Assembly (NCBI GenBank): GCA_038182865.1
Contig: CP116226.1
Coordinates: forward strand, 847,891-911,890
Direction: 5' to 3'
Origin: Microbacterium enclense
GTDB taxonomy: Bacteria; Actinomycetota; Actinomycetes; Actinomycetales; Microbacteriaceae
DNA: 64,000 nt
Made by a program: the position numbers and the translations under genes. This document shows, one piece after another, positions 1 through 8,922 of the stretch; position 1 is the stretch's first letter; every line of letters starts with the position of its first letter. Under the pieces are notes generated by a model that saw only the letters and a list, made by a program, of their open reading frames with translations, ran no database searches and was not told the origin of the DNA.

Positions 1-145
1 TGGTGTCGACGTGGGCCACGATGAGTTCGACGCCCGAGAGCGCGGCGTACCGCGCCGCCTCGGTGATCACCCGCGGCGACTGCCCGGGGACCACGCCCGC
101 GATGACGACTCCGGATGCCACTGCCTGCGCTTCGTGATCACTCAT
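1..145 (-). CDS. universal stress protein (UspA) family, N-terminal ~48 codons only; gene runs off the window start
   Basis: Reverse-strand ATG at 145 preceded by GGAAGGAGAG. Translates MSDHEAQAVASGVVIAGVVPGQSPRVITEAARYAALSGVELIVAHVDT, which is Usp-like. Absent from the ORF track because it is truncated. Confidence 0.45.
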   Translation of the reverse strand, partial: MSDHEAQAVASGVVIAGVVPGQSPRVITEAARYAALSGVELIVAHVDT

Positions 146-307
146 GCCGCTCTCCTTCCGCCGCCCGGACCCCGCGTCCGCACCCATGACGGTCGGGGGC
201 CGAGGGCACCGTGATATCCTGGGTGTTACTCTTACCGGCTCGGTCCGGAACCGCAATACGCAGGGCCCTGAGCACGGCCTGCGATGTCGATCGTGAGGGG
301 GTCTCGC

Positions 308-490
308 ATGGGGCGTGGCCGTCAGAAGGCGAAGCACACCAAGATCGCCCGTGAGCTGAAGTACGACACCTATTCGGTGAACTACGCAGCGCTCGAGCGC
401 GAACTCGGCGCACCCGAACCGGGTGACGACGCGTACGTCGACAAGTGGGCAGACCAGTACAACGACGAGTACGAGGACGAGAAGGCCTGA
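308..490 (+). CDS. DUF3073-like small conserved actinobacterial protein
   Basis: MGRGRQKAKHTKIARELKY... with an acidic C-terminus. GAGGGGG sits 7 nt upstream of the ATG at 308, an internal Met of ORF 284..490. It has the usual position next to purM/purF in actinobacteria. Confidence 0.7.
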   Translation: MGRGRQKAKHTKIARELKYDTYSVNYAALERELGAPEPGDDAYVDKWADQYNDEYEDEKA

Positions 491-538
491 CCGTCTTCCC
501 GTGAGCCGGTCCGGCTCACGACGTTGTCGCGCGCCCTC

Positions 539-1756
539 TCACCAGGCGGCGCCGGTGCGGCGTTCCCAGGCATCCTCGATGGTCTCCGACCGCGCGACGA
601 CGACTCCCGCGGGGATCGCGCACGCGACGACGACCCCGAGCAGCACGAGGCCTGCCGTCCAGCCGCCCGTCACCTCATGGGTGACGCCGATGGCCAGCGG
701 CATCAGCGCGGCGAGTCCGTAACCGACGCTCTGCACGAAGCCGCTGAGCGCGACCGCGGTATCGTGCGACCGCGTCCGCAGTCCGAACAGCACGAGCGCC
801 ATCGGGAACAGCAGGGGCGGGATGCCGATGAGCACCACCCACAGCGTCGTCGCGATCGTGGGGGCGAAGAGCAGACCCGCCACCCCGGCCAGCCCGCTCG
901 CGACAGCGACGACGTAGAACGGCGCGACGCTGCGCGCACGCGCCACGAGCAGCGGCACGACGAGCGACACCGGCAGCCCCATGAACGAGAACAGGGCGAG
1001 CAGTCCGCCGGCCTCGGCCGCATCCACACCCGCGACTCCCATCACCAGGGGCGGGAGCCACGCGAAAAGCCCGTAGGCGACCGAAGAGTTCACCGCGAAC
1101 GTGACGGCCAGCGCCCATGTCTGGGGCACCCGCACGACCCGCGACAGCACGGACGTCTTCGGCCGCTCGATGATGTCAGCGCGCGCAGCGCGGGCCCGGA
1201 GGCTCATGGCGACCCAGGGCACCACCGCGACCACGGCCACGGCGGCCCACAGCGTGAAGGAACCGCGCCACCCGACGCTGTCGGCAAGGGGAACCGCCAC
1301 CAGGGGCGGGGTGAACGTCGCGATGGCCATCGTCGTCGTGTACGTCGTGGTCATCAGGCCGATACGCGCGGGGAAGTACTTCTTCACCACCGCGGGCAGG
1401 AGAACGTTGGCCACCCCGACCGCCGCGAAGATCCCCGCGGTCGCGGCGAGGAGGGTGATGGCATCCACCGCCGCCGCCCGCAGGGCCAGCATGGTGGCGG
1501 CGAGGGTCGCGGCCACGAGGACGGTGCGCTCGAGCCCGACCCGCCTCTCGATCGCCGGGGTGACGAACCCCGAGACGGCGAACGCCACGGGCGGCGCCAT
1601 GCCGATCAGGCCGACGATCGCGGCCGGCAGCTCGAAGTCGCGCTCGATGACCACCAGCAACGGCGAGAGCGACGCGACCGCGATGCGCAGGGTCAACGCG
1701 AGCAGCACGATGGCTGCCGCGGCCAGCGCGACGGTCCCCGCGCGGCGTGGACTCAA
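539..1756 (-). CDS. MFS transporter (CynX/NimT-like)
   Basis: 405-aa ORF that is hydrophobic throughout, with about 12 TM-like segments. The start at 1756 is TTG and overlaps the purF stop, so the start is uncertain. Confidence 0.8.
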   Translation of the reverse strand: MSPRRAGTVALAAAAIVLLALTLRIAVASLSPLLVVIERDFELPAAIVGLIGMAPPVAFAVSGFVTPAIERRVGLERTVLVAATLAATMLALRAAAVDAITLLAATAGIFAAVGVANVLLPAVVKKYFPARIGLMTTTYTTTMAIATFTPPLVAVPLADSVGWRGSFTLWAAVAVVAVVPWVAMSLRARAARADIIERPKTSVLSRVVRVPQTWALAVTFAVNSSVAYGLFAWLPPLVMGVAGVDAAEAGGLLALFSFMGLPVSLVVPLLVARARSVAPFYVVAVASGLAGVAGLLFAPTIATTLWVVLIGIPPLLFPMALVLFGLRTRSHDTAVALSGFVQSVGYGLAALMPLAIGVTHEVTGGWTAGLVLLGVVVACAIPAGVVVARSETIEDAWERRTGAAW

Positions 1757-3228
1757 GACTCTTGGCTGCCCTCGACCCAGGCGAGGTACTCCTCCGACAC
1801 GGTGCCCGTGACGTAACGACCGTCGAAGCAGCTCATGTCGAGGTCGACCAGGTCGGTGCCCTCCATGATCGCGGCCTTCAGGTCGTCGACCTCCTGGTAG
1901 ACGAGGTAATCGCAGCCGAGTTCTTCGGCGATCTCGGGGATGGTCCGGCCGTGGGCCACCAGCTCGTGACGCGAGGGCATGTTGATGCCGTAGACGTGGG
2001 GGTACCGCACGGGAGGAGCGGCCGACGCGAAGGTGACGCTCTTGGCCCCGGCATCCCGAGCCATCTGGATGATCTCGCGGCTCGTCGTGCCGCGGACGAT
2101 CGAGTCGTCGACCAACAGCACGTTCTTACCCTGGAACTCCGTCGACATCGCGTTGAGCTTCTGGCGGACGCTCTTCTTGCGCACCGCCTGGCCCGGCATG
2201 ATGAACGTGCGGCCGACGTACCGGTTCTTGTAGAAGCCCTCGCGGTACTCGATGCCGAGCTTGCGAGCCACCTGCATCGCGGCGGGGCGCGCGGAGTCGG
2301 GGATGGGCATGACGACGTCGATCGAGCCCGCGGGCGTGTACTTCGCCACCGTGTCCGCGAGGCGCTCGCCCATGCGCAGGCGCGTCTCGTACACCGAGAC
2401 GCCGTTCATGACAGAGTCGGGCCGCGCGAGGTAGACGTACTCGAACGAGCACGGCGCGAGCATCGTCTCCGTGGCGCACTGCTGTGCGTGGAGCGTTCCG
2501 TCGAGGGTGATGAACACGGCCTCACCGGGATCGAGGTCGCGGACGACCTCGAAGCCGGCGTTCTCGAGGACGAGGGACTCGGATGCCACGACCCACTCGT
2601 CACGCGGCTCGCCACCGGGCACCTGCGCCGCGGGACGCTTGCCGAGGATGAGGGGACGGATGCCGAACGGGTCGCGGAAGGCGAGGAGCCCGTACCCGGC
2701 GATCAGGGCGATGGACGCATACGATCCCTCGACGCGCTCATGCACGCGCGCGACGGCGCGGAACACCTGGGCGGGGTCGAGGTCGGGGCCGGTGATCTCG
2801 GACTGCAGCTCGGATCCGAGGATGTTCACGAGCAGTTCGGTGTCGCTGCTGGTGTTGAGGTGACGACGGTCTTTGTGGAAGAGCTCTGTGGTCAGCTCAC
2901 GCGTGTTGGTGAGATTGCCGTTGTGCACGAGCACGATGCCGTACGGCGCGTTGACGTAGAAGGGCTGCGCCTCTTCTTCGTTCGACGCGGTGCCCTTCGT
3001 CGCGTAGCGCACGTGCCCGAGGCCGATGTCGCCGAGCAGCGCGCGCATGTCGCGCGTGCGGAACGCTTCCCGCACCTGGCCGCGGGCCTTGTGGATGTGG
3101 AAGACGCCGCTCGCCTCGGCGGTGGCGATGCCCGTGGAGTCCTGTCCCCGGTGCTGGAGAAGGAGGAGCGCGTCGTAGATCTCCTGGTTGACCGGGCCCT
3201 GCCCGGCCATGCCGACGATGCCGCACAT
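1753..3228 (-). CDS. purF: amidophosphoribosyltransferase
   Basis: N-terminal MCGIVG (Ntn Cys), PRTase motif VLLVDDSIVRGTTSREI, 491 aa. Confidence 0.97.
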   Translation of the reverse strand: MCGIVGMAGQGPVNQEIYDALLLLQHRGQDSTGIATAEASGVFHIHKARGQVREAFRTRDMRALLGDIGLGHVRYATKGTASNEEEAQPFYVNAPYGIVLVHNGNLTNTRELTTELFHKDRRHLNTSSDTELLVNILGSELQSEITGPDLDPAQVFRAVARVHERVEGSYASIALIAGYGLLAFRDPFGIRPLILGKRPAAQVPGGEPRDEWVVASESLVLENAGFEVVRDLDPGEAVFITLDGTLHAQQCATETMLAPCSFEYVYLARPDSVMNGVSVYETRLRMGERLADTVAKYTPAGSIDVVMPIPDSARPAAMQVARKLGIEYREGFYKNRYVGRTFIMPGQAVRKKSVRQKLNAMSTEFQGKNVLLVDDSIVRGTTSREIIQMARDAGAKSVTFASAAPPVRYPHVYGINMPSRHELVAHGRTIPEIAEELGCDYLVYQEVDDLKAAIMEGTDLVDLDMSCFDGRYVTGTVSEEYLAWVEGSQES

Positions 3229-3234
3229 GGGGTG

Positions 3235-4377
3235 TTACTTCGCTCCGTTCGCCGGGGACCCGGCATCCGCGTAGGTTCCGACCAGGCGCACGGCGCCTCC
3301 GTCGACGCCCTTCGCGCCCTGTTCGTAGTCGCCCTCGGGGCGCGCGTCGTCGCGGACGACGCCGACCTGCCACGTGGCGATGCCGTCGGCCGTGAGCGCC
3401 GAGGTCGCGGCATCCGCGATCTCGGGCGAGACGACGGCGAGGAAGCCGATGCCGAGGTTCCACGTGCCCTCGGTCGCGGTGAGCTCGAGTCCGCCGATGT
3501 CGGCCAGCACGCGGAACACCGGAGAGGGGCTCCAGGTCGAGCGGTCGACGTCGACCCACGTGTTCTGCGGCAGCACGCGCGCGAGGTTCGCGGCGATCCC
3601 GCCGCCGGTCACGTGGCTGAGCGAATGGATGCCGTGGGCGGTGGCGTCGTCGCCGAGCAGGCGCAGCAGGGGCGAGGTGTACAGTCGCGTGGGCTCGAGC
3701 AGCGCCTCGCCCCACGTTCCGCCGAGGTCGGCTGACGCGGAGCCGTACGCGATGCCCGCGCCGGTGATGATGTGGCGCACGAGCGAGTAGCCGTTGGAGT
3801 GCAGGCCGCTCGAGGCGAGGGCGAGGACGACGTCGCCCGGGCGGACGCGGTCGGCGCCGAGGACGCGGTCGGCCTCGACGACGCCGGTCGCAGCTCCCGC
3901 GACGTCGTAGTCGTCGATGCCGAGCAGGCCGGGGTGCTCGGCGGTCTCGCCGCCGACGAGCGCCGTGCCGGTCAGGGCACAACCGCGCGCGATCCCCGCG
4001 ACGATGTCGGCGATCCGCTGCGGCACGACCTTGCCGCAGGCGATGTAGTCGGTCATGAAGAGCGGACGCGCGCCGACCACGACGATGTCGTCGACGACCA
4101 TGCCGACGAGGTCTTCGCCGATCGTGTCGTGTTTGTCGATCGCCTGCGCGATCGCGACCTTCGTGCCGACGCCGTCGGTGCTCGTCGCGAGCAGGGGCTT
4201 GGCGTAGTCGCGCAGCGCCGACGCATCGAAGAGGCCGGCGAACCCGCCCACACCACCGAGGACTTCCGGCCCGTGGGTGCGGCGCACGGCCGACTTCATC
4301 AGTTCGACGGCGAGGTCTCCGGCGGCAGTGTCGACGCCGGCGGCGGAATAGGGGTTTTCGTGGGGAGCTGAGGCCAC
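3235..4377 (-). CDS. purM: phosphoribosylformylglycinamidine cyclo-ligase (AIR synthetase)
   Basis: 380 aa: YSAAGVDTAAGD..., GGFAGLFD, DGVGTK. Lies immediately upstream of purF on the same strand. Confidence 0.97.
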   Translation of the reverse strand: MASAPHENPYSAAGVDTAAGDLAVELMKSAVRRTHGPEVLGGVGGFAGLFDASALRDYAKPLLATSTDGVGTKVAIAQAIDKHDTIGEDLVGMVVDDIVVVGARPLFMTDYIACGKVVPQRIADIVAGIARGCALTGTALVGGETAEHPGLLGIDDYDVAGAATGVVEADRVLGADRVRPGDVVLALASSGLHSNGYSLVRHIITGAGIAYGSASADLGGTWGEALLEPTRLYTSPLLRLLGDDATAHGIHSLSHVTGGGIAANLARVLPQNTWVDVDRSTWSPSPVFRVLADIGGLELTATEGTWNLGIGFLAVVSPEIADAATSALTADGIATWQVGVVRDDARPEGDYEQGAKGVDGGAVRLVGTYADAGSPANGAK

Positions 4378-4454
4378 TCGACCAGAGTACCCGGGGTGGG
4401 CGCGCCCGGGTGTCGCGCGCTGCGCCCAGCGGCTGCCACCGGCCGGTGGGCGGG

Positions 4455-4527
4455 GCGAAGGGAGGACCGGGGACGAAGGGAGGACGCCTCGGTGCTATGC
4501 GTCCTCCGCCCGTCCCTCATCCTCCGC
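4455..4527. repeat. REP-like imperfect palindrome, copy 1
   Basis: GCGAAGGGAGGACCGGGGACGAAGGGAGGACGCCTCGGTGCTATGCGTCCTCCGCCCGTCCCTCATCCTCCGC. Arms GGGACGAAGGGAGGACGC / GCGTCCTCCGCCCGTCCC can pair. Confidence 0.8.
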
Positions 4528-4605
4528 TGGGCACGCAAACAGCCCACCCTCGAAGCGCGACGCCCGCGCTTCGCCGCAAAGCGCGCCCCACCGCCCGTGA
4601 CCAGT

Positions 4606-4675
4606 GGAGGAAGAGGGGCGAAGGGAGGACGCCTCGTCGCCACGCGTCCTCCGCTCGTCCCGTGTCCTCCTCCCC
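4606..4675. repeat. REP-like imperfect palindrome, copy 2
   Basis: GGAGGAAGAGGGGCGAAGGGAGGACGCCTCGTCGCCACGCGTCCTCCGCTCGTCCCGTGTCCTCCTCC. Same core as copy 1, about 150 bp downstream. Confidence 0.8.
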
Positions 4676-4747
4676 GCACACGAACGGCTGCGAGGCCCCA
4701 CCCCTGCGGCGCGAGACCGCCGTGGGAGCGGCATCCTCGCGCGAGCT

Positions 4748-5596
4748 TCATCGGTCTCGCGCGAGGTGGAGGCCCTGCGCGACGGCACGTGAGATGAAGA
4801 ACTGCACGCTCGGCCAGTCTTCGATGACCTGGCGATACCCGACGCGGATGACGTGATACCCGTGAAGCGCGAGCACAGCGTCGTGCCGGATGTCTTCCGT
4901 CCGTTGTGCTCCCACGTGATGCGCGCCGTCGATCTGGATGACGAGCCGCTCGCCGATGAGAAGGTCGACGCGATGACCGTGCAGGAAGGCCTGCGGCAGG
5001 AGGCGGATCTTCATCCACCGGAGGCGGAGGATCACGAGGGTCTCGAGACCCGAATCCGCGAAAGGCTGCACGTCAGCCAGCACCGATCGAGCCCGCCCCG
5101 GCAGGGCCAGCCGTGCCAGCGACTCCGTCGACACGAGATCTTTGTTCACCGCCGATTCCCACACGACGAGCGCTTCCTCGCGCGGCACGCACGTCGCGAC
5201 GAGAACCAGCACGTTCTCGATGGCATCCACGAGATCGTCCGGATGCCGCGGCACCACCGGACGAGACCGGTGCACGCGCGTGCCCTCGACGACTTCCACC
5301 CGGCCGGCCTTCGGCGGCGCAGCCACGTGAGTGCCGCGCGGGTGGGCGACCCACAGCCCCAGGTGCTCGGCGGCGCTGAGGCAGGAGAGGACGACACCCG
5401 CCCGCGCGGCCTCGCGGAGAGACGGGGGCGCGTCGGGCAGTGCGAGCCACGAGCGGCGGATCCGGAGGAGCCGCCCCTCCTCGACAGCCGTGGCCACGGC
5501 GCGCCAGGACATTCCCTCGTCTCGAAGGCGCACGCTGCGCAGGACGCCGCCTCCTCGACGGACGAACTCGACGGGGTCACGCGAAAGGGACGACAT
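4748..5596 (-). CDS. DUF559 (Vsr-fold endonuclease-like) protein with AbiEi-type winged-helix N-terminus
   Basis: 282 aa. N-terminus RGGGVLRSVRLRDEGMSWRAVATAVEEGRLLRIRRSWLALPDA. C-terminus HRVDLLIGERLVIQIDGAHH...HGYHVIRVGYRQV is typical of DUF559. Confidence 0.75.
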   Translation of the reverse strand: MSSLSRDPVEFVRRGGGVLRSVRLRDEGMSWRAVATAVEEGRLLRIRRSWLALPDAPPSLREAARAGVVLSCLSAAEHLGLWVAHPRGTHVAAPPKAGRVEVVEGTRVHRSRPVVPRHPDDLVDAIENVLVLVATCVPREEALVVWESAVNKDLVSTESLARLALPGRARSVLADVQPFADSGLETLVILRLRWMKIRLLPQAFLHGHRVDLLIGERLVIQIDGAHHVGAQRTEDIRHDAVLALHGYHVIRVGYRQVIEDWPSVQFFISRAVAQGLHLARDR

Positions 5597-5720
5597 GCGT
5601 TCAGGGTCCTGGACCGCGCCGCGCTCGAGGGAGCGTTCGGGCCCGATCGGGGATCGGTGGTCGGGAGTCGTCGATGTGCAGGAGGAGTGCTCAACGCCTC
5701 TTCCGGGACTGCGGCGTGAT

Positions 5721-5792
5721 GAGCGGAGGATCAGGGACGAAGGGAGGACACCTCGGCGCCCCGCGTCCTCCGCCCGCCCCTCATCCTCCGCT
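5721..5792. repeat. REP-like imperfect palindrome, copy 3
   Basis: GAGCGGAGGATCAGGGACGAAGGGAGGACACCTCGGCGCCCCGCGTCCTCCGCCCGCCCCTCATCCTCCGCTC. Outer arms GAGCGGAGGATCAGGG / CCCTCATCCTCCGCTC also pair. Confidence 0.8.
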
Positions 5793-5894
5793 CATCACGA
5801 CCACCGCGAGCATCAAGCGGTCGCGTCCCGCCCCATGGATGCCGCCGACGCAAGGCCCATCGCCCGGGGCGGCGCGCGTCCCTACAATGACGCC

Positions 5895-6506
5895 ATGACG
5901 GGCGGACAACCGGAGTGGGTGATCCGCGAAGACGCGGGGTCGCCGGTGCTCGTCGCGCTGTACGTGCGTCAGGTTCTCGGCATCCGCTCACCGGAAGAGC
6001 TGCCGCACCTCCGTCGGATCCCGCCGACCGCCCCCGCACAGAGAACGGATGCCGCGCAAGCGCAGCTCGAGCGAGAGTGGCGCGCGTACTGGGCGATGAC
6101 CGTCGAGCCGCAGGCACATCCCTCCCCCGGGCCCCTGGAGCTCGTCGACGACTTCGACGGGCTCGCCACGCTCCCCATCGAAGGCGCCGACGCGCTGCGC
6201 GAGGCGATGACCCCCTTCGCCGACGACGCGCTCGACTTCGCGCACCACGCGCACCAGCGGTACTCACGTGAAGCGGCCGCGCGCCCGGGGGTGTCGTATC
6301 GGGCGTACGCCAGCGCGATCGCCGCGCACGAGCGCGTGGTCGGTCGGCGCGCGCACTCGTTCGAGCTGAACGTGCAGATCCTGCCGCTGACGCAGCGCGG
6401 TGTGTGGTGGATCGGCTCACTCACCGTGGCGGTGACCGATGGCCTCCGTGGCGACGTCGCCGCGTTCGACTCCGCGATTCACCCGATCATCGCGGAGCTG
6501 GCCTGA
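5895..6506 (+). CDS. hypothetical protein
   Basis: Internal ATG of ORF 5331..6506. The upstream part of that ORF crosses REP copy 3 and the antisense of the DUF559 gene, so it was trimmed. MTGGQPEWVIRED... has coding-like composition and no family I recognise. Confidence 0.5.
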   Translation: MTGGQPEWVIREDAGSPVLVALYVRQVLGIRSPEELPHLRRIPPTAPAQRTDAAQAQLEREWRAYWAMTVEPQAHPSPGPLELVDDFDGLATLPIEGADALREAMTPFADDALDFAHHAHQRYSREAAARPGVSYRAYASAIAAHERVVGRRAHSFELNVQILPLTQRGVWWIGSLTVAVTDGLRGDVAAFDSAIHPIIAELA

Positions 6507-6507
6507 G

Positions 6508-6888
6508 TCAGACCCCGTGCTGCTCGTGATCGACGATCACCTGGCGCGTGCGGCCTCCGAGCACGCGCTCGAAGATCAGGGCGACGATCGCTCCGGCGGT
6601 GATGCCCACCACGACGCAGATCAGCGCCGTGAAGCCGAAGACCTGGAGCTGCGAATACACGACCTGCGTGTAGGGGCTCACGCCGGCGTCGCCGATCGCG
6701 AACGTCAGGATGAGGGCGACCAGGATGCCCACGAACGCCCCCGCAGCCAGGAAGACACCGTACTTCGGGGCGCGACGCACCGTGACCGTCTCGATGTCGT
6801 CACGCGACAGGTCGTCACGCGAGAAGTCGTCACGCGAGAAGTCGTCACGTGCGAAGGAGGGGCGTTCGGGGTCGGGCTGTTCGGCCAT
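6508..6888 (-). CDS. small membrane protein with an N-terminal (DDFSR)n repeat
   Basis: Internal ATG at 6888 of ORF 6508..7224. MAEQPDPERPSFARDDFSRDDFSRDDLSRDD, followed by two to three hydrophobic TM-like segments. Confidence 0.6.
   Translation of the reverse strand: MAEQPDPERPSFARDDFSRDDFSRDDLSRDDIETVTVRRAPKYGVFLAAGAFVGILVALILTFAIGDAGVSPYTQVVYSQLQVFGFTALICVVVGITAGAIVALIFERVLGGRTRQVIVDHEQHGV
6796..6855. repeat. four in-frame 15-bp tandem repeats inside the CDS
   Basis: GTCGTCACGCGACAG / GTCGTCACGCGAGAA / GTCGTCACGCGAGAA / GTCGTCACGTGCGAA on the plus strand. They encode the DDFSR-type repeats on the minus strand. Confidence 0.9.
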
Positions 6889-6967
6889 GGGTCCATTGTC
6901 CCACCGCCTCGTCGTCGGCGGGTTGCGGTGTCTCGACGGCGAGGGCAGGCCGCGGGTCCGGCGCCGA

Positions 6968-7113
6968 CCCCACGGGCGGACGCCGGACGGGCCCGGTGCC
7001 GCGTGTTGAGCCCCGGCCCCACGGGCGGACGCCGGGCCGACGCGGCGCCGGTGCCGCGGGTTCGGTCCCGACCCCACGGGCGCACGCCCGACGGACGCGG
7101 TGCCGGCGGGCCC
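6968..7113. repeat. three imperfect ~49-55-bp tandem repeats
   Basis: Units start CCCCACGGGCG(G/C)ACGCC at 6968, 7017 and 7072. They lie between the SCP2-like gene end and the membrane-protein gene start. Confidence 0.75.
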
Positions 7114-7139
7114 TCCCTCGGTCACCGCGGGCCGGGACC

Positions 7140-7496
7140 CTACGGCCGCAGCGGCAGCAGCGCGCTCAGGTCGGCCCGGACACCCGACGCGGTGATGCGG
7201 CCGGCGGCGACGGCATCCATCCACCGTTCCCGACCGGTGGCGACGGCGACCCAGGTCGCGGCGTCGGTCTCGACGACGTTGGGCGGGGTCCCGCGGGTGT
7301 GGCGGGGGCCTTCGAGCACCTGCACGGCCCCGAAGGGCGGGACGCGCATCTCGACGGAGTTGCCCGGCGCCTTCTCGACGAGCAGTTGCAGCAGGTACCG
7401 CACGGCGGTCGCCGTCACCGCGCGCGGGGCGTCGCCGACGGCCACCGCCTCGAGGGCGGCCCGGCCGTCACCGGTCTCGATTCGGCGTGGGGGCAT
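7140..7496 (-). CDS. sterol carrier (SCP2-like) family protein
   Basis: Internal ATG at 7496 of ORF 7140..8165; the rest of that ORF is antisense to purD. AVRYLLQLLVEKAPGNSVEMRVPPFGAVQVLEGPRHTRGTPPNVVE matches my memory of the actinobacterial sterol-carrier family found near purD. Confidence 0.55.
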   Translation of the reverse strand: MPPRRIETGDGRAALEAVAVGDAPRAVTATAVRYLLQLLVEKAPGNSVEMRVPPFGAVQVLEGPRHTRGTPPNVVETDAATWVAVATGRERWMDAVAAGRITASGVRADLSALLPLRP

Positions 7497-7550
7497 GGCA
7501 TCCACGGTACTCGCGGGCCGCCGCCCGGTGGCCCGCGCGCTCGGCGACGC

Positions 7551-7574
7551 AATCCGCTGGAGAATCAGCGGATT
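7551..7574. promoter_or_regulatory. 9-bp-stem hairpin/dyad in the divergent SCP2-like/purD intergenic region
   Basis: AATCCGCTG-gagaat-CAGCGGATT, about 77 nt upstream of the purD start. Function unknown. Confidence 0.25.
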
Positions 7575-7650
7575 CGGGGCCTGGCGACGCCCTCCTCCCC
7601 CCGAACGTCCCGCTTCGAAGTCGCCACCCGGCGCTCGGTAGGCTGGCCGC

Positions 7651-8922
7651 GTGAGAATCCTGGTCCTCGGTTCGGGCGCGCGCGAGCACGCCATCATCCT
7701 CGCCCTGCGCTCCGAAGAGGCATCGCACGCGATCTTCGCCGCCCCCGGCAACGCCGGAATCGCACGCGATGCGCACCTCGTCGCCCTCGACGCGAACGAC
7801 CCCGCGGCCGTTCTCACCTTCGCGAAGGACGAGGCGGTCGACCTCGTCATCGTCGGCCCCGAGGCGCCCCTGGTCGCCGGCGTCGCCGACGCGCTGCGCG
7901 AGCACGGCATCCCGGTGTTCGGTCCCGGCAAGGCCGCGGCCCAGCTCGAGGGATCGAAGACGTTCGCGAAGCGCATCATGGATGCCGCCCGCGTCCCCAC
8001 CGGTCGTGCGGTGCGCGCGGCCGACCTCCCCACCGTGGAGGCGGCGCTCGACGAGTACGGCGCCCCGTACGTGGTCAAGGCCGATGGGCTGGCGGCGGGC
8101 AAGGGGGTCATCGTGACCTCCGACCGCGAGGCCGCGATCGCGCACGCCACGACGTACCTGACCACGGGCGCGGTGCTGGTCGAGGAGTTCCTCTCCGGCC
8201 CCGAAGTGTCGCTGTTCTTCCTCAGCGACGGCGACCGCGTGCTGCCGCTGAGCCCCGCTCAGGACTTCAAGCGCCTCCGCGACGGCGACGAGGGCCCGAA
8301 CACCGGCGGCATGGGCGCGTACTCCCCCCTGCCGTGGCTCGACGAGCGCTTCGGCAGCGAGGCGGAGTTCGTCGACCAGGTCACGCGCGAGATCGCCGAG
8401 CCCGTGATCCGGGAGATGGATGCCGAGGGCACGCCGTTCATCGGGCTCCTCTACGCCGGGCTGATCCTCACCGCCCAGGGCATCAAAGTCATCGAGTTCA
8501 ACGCGCGTTTCGGCGACCCCGAGACCCAGGTCGTGCTCCCCCGCCTCCTCGACCCCCTGTCGGAGCTGCTGCTCGCCGCGGCCTCGGGCACTCTCGAGGA
8601 CCGCCCGCGTCCCGCTTTCGCCGAGGCCGCCGCCGTCACAGTCGTGCTCGCGAGCGAGGGATACCCCGAGGCACCGATCACCGGTCGCGCGCTGAGCGGC
8701 ATCGACGAGGCCGAGGAGGTCGACGGCGTCCACCTCGCGCACGCCGCGACCGCCGCACCGGACGGGCATTTCGTCGCCACCGGCGGGCGCGTGCTCAGCG
8801 TCGTCGCGCTCGGGTCGACCTTCCGCGAGGCGCGCACCGCGGCCTACGCCGGCCTCGAGCGCATCGGCCTCGAGGGCGGCCAGTACCGAACCGACATCGC
8901 GCTCCGCGTCGTCGAGGGCTGA
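7651..8922 (+). CDS. purD: phosphoribosylamine--glycine ligase
   Basis: GTG start. MRILVLGSGAREHAI..., ATP-grasp core, 423 aa. Confidence 0.97.
   Translation: MRILVLGSGAREHAIILALRSEEASHAIFAAPGNAGIARDAHLVALDANDPAAVLTFAKDEAVDLVIVGPEAPLVAGVADALREHGIPVFGPGKAAAQLEGSKTFAKRIMDAARVPTGRAVRAADLPTVEAALDEYGAPYVVKADGLAAGKGVIVTSDREAAIAHATTYLTTGAVLVEEFLSGPEVSLFFLSDGDRVLPLSPAQDFKRLRDGDEGPNTGGMGAYSPLPWLDERFGSEAEFVDQVTREIAEPVIREMDAEGTPFIGLLYAGLILTAQGIKVIEFNARFGDPETQVVLPRLLDPLSELLLAAASGTLEDRPRPAFAEAAAVTVVLASEGYPEAPITGRALSGIDEAEEVDGVHLAHAATAAPDGHFVATGGRVLSVVALGSTFREARTAAYAGLERIGLEGGQYRTDIALRVVEG

Noticed and set aside
1747-3735. Long ORFs antisense to or out of frame with clear genes, for example 1747-3735, 10971-13757, 20010-22010, 21835-23862, 42221-43126, 59245-61998 and 62172-63716 (upstream part)
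   Set aside because: They fully overlap genes with strong family signatures on the other strand or frame. Their translations are R/G/D/E/H-rich with no recognisable motifs. This is a GC-content artefact.
4396-4856. ORFs 4396-4797, 4410-4856, 4495-4788 and 4604-4792 in the purM-DUF559 gap, and similar ones at 5440-5898
   Set aside because: They run straight across the REP-like palindromes, and their repeated peptide strings (..KGGRLG.., ..RPPPVP..) just mirror the DNA repeat. No RBS or family resemblance.
5331-5894. N-terminal extensions of composite ORFs (5331-5894 of ORF 5331-6506, 7497-8165 of ORF 7140-8165, 30483-30818, 33640-34059, 36952-37080, 49851-50282 and others)
   Set aside because: The extensions overlap neighbouring genes or repeats and have non-protein-like composition. 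Internal starts with Shine-Dalgarno-like sequences or ATGA/GTGA coupling give products of the normal family length.
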